Of a DNA stretch of 59,459 bases, positions 55,798-59,459 are shown piece after piece. The stretch covers positions 1 to 59,459 of the IMG/VR virus record IMGVR_UViG_3300036766_001430; one strand, written 5' to 3'. A program made the position numbers and the translations under genes. Numbering within the stretch: the stretch's first letter is position 1; the number at the start of each line of letters is the position of its first letter. Under the pieces are notes generated by a model. It did not search any database and had not been told where the DNA came from. It saw nothing but the letters and a program-made list of their open reading frames with translations. This DNA comes from a virus (taxonomy: Duplodnaviria > Caudoviricetes).

Positions 55798-58399
55798 ATG
55801 ATGGTGGACGCGGACGACTGCAACAAATCTGCGGATAGCTCGTGCGTTGCCGAGACGGGGGCCGACAAGCTGATCGACTTCTACCATCGCCTCGACATTC
55901 TGCCCGGTGGGACGTACGAGCCGCAGTTTCGCAAGTCGATGGTGGCCGCATTCGACGAGGTCCGCCGCGAGACCATTGAGGAGTGCATCAAGGCCGTTAC
56001 GACGGTGACGAGCACCCCAGACGGAATGCTCACTACCGCGCTGGACCGCCTGTCGGCGCTGTTCACAGGCGCAGACAAGGGGGAGCCGTGACCGACCCGT
56101 ATGACAAGATCGTGATGCGTGACCTCGTCGACGAATGCCGGAAAGAGCGCGAGCGCGCCGAGAATGCCGAGGCAGAGCTGGAACGATTGCGAAATGGCTT
56201 CTGCCCCTGGTGCGAGGGCCCGCTACGCTCTACTTCGGACCAACCAAAATGACGGTCGCTGACCCGGCCCAGCAGCGAGGTCACGCCTCGAACGGCGGAT
56301 CGTCCTCGTCGTCCATGACAGACAAGGTCGCGCCTGGTGTTCCTGGAGGAGTGACGCCGAACGCGTCCGTCGACGAGCGCACGTGCGAGTTCTGCGACGT
56401 CCTCCACCCGGCTGTCCACTGCGCGCGAAAGGACGTCCGGACCGCCTGCGATGACTGTGGACAGGCGTTACCCCGTGCCACGCCTAGCTCGGGCGATGCC
56501 GAGCGGTACGCGGGGTACCTCGCTTTGGCCGATGCCATAGACGCGAACGGCAGCGCGGATCCGTTTGACCCTGAACTAAACCTCGCGCAGACCGCTTTTG
56601 CGGCGACCATCATCCGGATACTGGTCCGCGAGGCGGCGCTGTTCACACGCGTAGCCGAGGAGGAGAAGCCATGCGCGACGTTTCCGAGATGCAGAAGGTC
56701 AGGGCGCGTGACGTGGTGCCCTACGAGTGGGCGGTCTGGTGCACCGTGGACGGCTACCCGAAAGCCTTTGCGAACAGCATCGAGCACGTGTCGTGGAGCG
56801 AGGACGGCCAGCACCTCTGGTTCATGCTCGGCACACACAATTTCTACAAGGCGTTGCCCGACGAGGAGATCGAGCTGGTCCCCTGCGGACCGTCCACGAT
56901 GAGCGCCGACTACCAGGCGAAGGTCCGCAAAGAGCACGCTGAGACGATCGCCAAGCGTCCGACACCCAAGGCGGATTGCCCGCTCTGCGATGGGACGTGT
57001 CACACGAAAGGACCCGCCCGGTGAGGCTGCCTTGTCCGCACAATCCACCGGGGCTGACCGAGGTATGCGCCTACTGCAACATCAACCTCAGGCTGCGATG
57101 CGAGCGGTACGAGGGGGCCCTTCGTTACATTGCGGTCGGCAAGATATCGTCCGACAACGAGAACCCGTGCGGCGAAGGGCACAGCATGGCTGGTAGGTTC
57201 ATCACGGCCGCTCAGACTGCGCTTTCTGGAAGCTAGGCCCCGAAATGAGTGCGAAGGGAGTCATTGGGTGGTGCGTCGCGATCGTAGTGTAAGGCGCTGA
57301 TGAAGGCGCACCCTCAGCTCAGGTTCGTCGAGCGCGATGCGAAGCGGCAGGGCAAGGAGGTCACGTGATGGCTCTGCGAAACCACCATGTGCAACTTGAG
57401 GACGGCACGGGCTGGGCCGTCGATCGCGAAGTCGCGGGCGTGTCCCTGGAGTGGATACTTCGGTACGGCTCCCGTGACGACGTTTGGGAGCATCGGATGG
57501 CGATCGCGAGCATCGTCAGCAGCTACATGGCGTTGCTCCACAAGCCACAAAAGCGACGCAATCAGGTCGTGCGCGAGCTGCAGAACGCGCTTGAAGAATG
57601 GGGCCGGGTTGGTCAGGAACCGTGCGCCGATTCTGGCAACGCATCGAAGGAGGAGGCATGAGACCCGACGAATACCTGGGCGCCGCAACGCTCAAGAAGA
57701 TGAAGCAAAACAAGTGGTACGTCCTCGCCCGATTCATCGATCAGCTCCTCTACGACGGGCGCACCGGGCTGCGCGACCCGACGAACCCCCACACGATGGG
57801 CTTCCTCACGTCCGAGAAGGTGTACGTCGGTGAGGCGGTGCCTGCGCACGTGAAGATCCTGGGCCACGAGGGCGCCTACATCAACACGGAGAGGGGACTG
57901 CGCGAGCTGATGCACGAGTGCGAGCGCATGGCGATCAGGGAGGTCACGTGATGACCGGGGACGCATCGGACGGCGAGCGCATCGCCGACGTCATTGCGTG
58001 GGCCGAGTCTCGCGTTCGCTGCTGCCGGCAGCAGGAGGAGAAATTCGGGGCGTCCTGGACCCACCGCGAGAAGCACCAACATGGGCCGCCGCAGGCGCTC
58101 ATCGAGGCGTGGACAGAGCGGCGAGCACTCCAGGCCGTGATCGACGTGCTGCGCCCCACCTCTGCGAAGCCGGAGGAGCCGTGACGTGCGGCATTCACCG
58201 GCTCTGCGCGGAGGATGCCCCCACGCGCTGCCCTTGGTGCGAAATCGGCGTGCAACTTGCGGAGGTCGCTCGGCTGCGCGATGCTCTGGAGGAGATCCGT
58301 CGCTACCCCACGCTCGCGCCCGGGTGGCAGGACATCGCCCGCGAGGCGCTACGCACTACTTCGGCAAGGCCCGTGGCCGGTGGTAAGGATGAGCGATGA
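55798..58399 (+). CDS. Array of small hypothetical ORFs (e.g. 55798-56091, 56671-57024, 57368-57661, 57658-57951, 57951-58184)
   Basis: GGAG(G) SDs and overlapping start/stop codons. Confidence 0.55.
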
Positions 58400-58710
58400 G
58401 CGACGAGTACCAGCGCGTAGCAGGCGGCTGCTCGTGGCTCGGCCGCTCGCTCGGCCTGCGGGTGATCGAGGCTTCCGCGCAGCAGGTCCGCAAGGTGCTT
58501 GCCGGCAAGAGCAATGCGGATGACCGAGACGTCCAGCGCGTCGTCGAGTCGAACGTCTTCGGGGCGGCCGCTGCGTCGAACAGCCGCGCGCGTGACGCTG
58601 CCGCCATCGGGCTGCTCGCCGGCTGGATTCTCGCCGGCCGCGCAGTGCTCCCGGCGCCTCCCCCGCCCAAGCCGAAGAAGTCTCGCGCCCCGAAGGCGGT
58701 GACGGCGTGA
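58396..58710 (+). pseudogene. RuvC-like C-terminal fragment
   Basis: QQVRKVLAGKSNADDRDVQRVV...ARDAAAIG resembles the RuvC C-half; no N-terminal GID motif; in-frame TGA two codons upstream. Confidence 0.5.
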
Positions 58711-58930
58711 GGCAAAGCAGCAAAGTCTTTCTCCCGCTCGCCGTCGGCGCGGCCGTTCGCGCAGCTGATTCGATTCAGCGAGGACCACGACGCGTGGCCT
58801 CTCACCCGAGCACACGGGGAAGAAGCCGCACATCATCCGGTAACGAGTGCACGCATTCGGTGAGCGAGTCGACGATCGATGACGGTACTCGGTACGAGTG
58901 CAAGACGAAGCAACACGAGGAGCTGAGCGA

Positions 58931-59233
58931 ATGAAATCCAAAAAAAGCATACTGAAGTTCGACGCGAAGACCGGGTTCCCGTTCACTAAAGGGGATGCGA
59001 TTCTGATCCGCACGGTGACCATGTATCAGGTGGGCCGTGTCGTAAACGTGGGGCCGGACTCGATCACACTTACCGATGCGTCGTGGATCGCGGATATCGG
59101 TCGCCTCAACGTCGCCCTTTCGACAGGTTCGCTGAACGAGATTGAACGTGCGCCGTCGTGGGTGGTTACCGGGCGGGGCGCCATCGTCGACATCTACCCG
59201 TGGAGTCACGACCTACCGCAAGCGACCAAATGA
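58931..59233 (+). CDS. Sm-like/DUF6948-type small phage protein
   Basis: ILIRTVTMYQVGRVV...LTDASWIADIGR...GSLNEIE...GAIVD..PW.H.LP. Confidence 0.6.
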   Translation: MKSKKSILKFDAKTGFPFTKGDAILIRTVTMYQVGRVVNVGPDSITLTDASWIADIGRLNVALSTGSLNEIERAPSWVVTGRGAIVDIYPWSHDLPQATK

Positions 59234-59459
59234 ACGCAGCGATGCTCAGCGCAGGTTTCGACTCGTCGTGGTCGCGGTCGTGGTCGGGGTCGCGGTCGTG
59301 GTCGGGGTCGCGGTCGTGGTCGTTGTCGCGGTCGGGGTCGCGGTCGGGGTCGGGGTCGTGGTCGGGGTCGCGGTCGTGGTCGCGGTCGCGGTCGCGGTCG
59401 TGGTCGCGGTCGTGGTCGGGGTCGGGGTCGTGGTCGGGGTCGTGGTCGTGGTTGCGGTC
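59230..59459 (+). CDS. Ser-X dipeptide repeat protein (partial), encoded by (TCG-NGG)n
   Basis: ATGA-coupled start MNAAMLSAGFDSSWSRSWSGSRSWSG...; hexamer repeat from 59266 to the window end. Confidence 0.65.
   Translation, partial: MNAAMLSAGFDSSWSRSWSGSRSWSGSRSWSLSRSGSRSGSGSWSGSRSWSRSRSRSWSRSWSGSGSWSGSWSWLR

Noticed and set aside
59266-59459. Diversity-generating retroelement or CRISPR explanation for the hexamer array
   Set aside because: No reverse transcriptase, template repeat, spacers or cas genes in the window.
1-59459. Genome-wide stop-codon reassignment, tRNAs, integrase/att sites, Mu transposase
   Set aside because: TGA, TAG and TAA all terminate well-defined genes; no tRNA, recombinase or DDE transposase motif was recognised by eye.

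Overview
This window is a partial genome of a high-GC tailed phage. It is myovirus-like (Mu gpL-type sheath); the host cannot be determined from sequence alone. Positions 1-51 kb are transcribed leftward: early genes (MoxR AAA, DUF2201/VWA, sigma factor, ParB), then replication/recombination (SF2 helicase, initiator, DnaB, primase, adenine MTase, UDG-fused PolA, UvsY, gp32-like SSB, Mre11/Rad50), then a DNA-modification operon, terminase, Mu-like head genes, neck and tail sheath. A divergent rightward arm of small genes starts at about 51.95 kb. The most notable element is a tightly coupled operon at 21543-25461: ParB-like, TET/JBP dioxygenase, radical SAM/SPASM, PIG-L deacetylase and TET-associated glycosyltransferase. 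It predicts a pyrimidine hypermodification with a deacetylated, radical-tailored amino sugar, and no cytosine C5-methyltransferase is visible in the window. Other oddities: an in-frame gpF-protease-scaffold ORF with three SD-led starts, a possible TGA readthrough in a virion gene, an EndoVII gene that mimics the Mre11 N-terminus, iteron-like repeats in the initiator, recurring early-gene hairpins, a chimeric 5'-3' exonuclease and a (TCG-NGG)n Ser-X repeat gene. Both window ends look like assembly-limited termini. All family calls are from motif recognition by eye; no searches were run.
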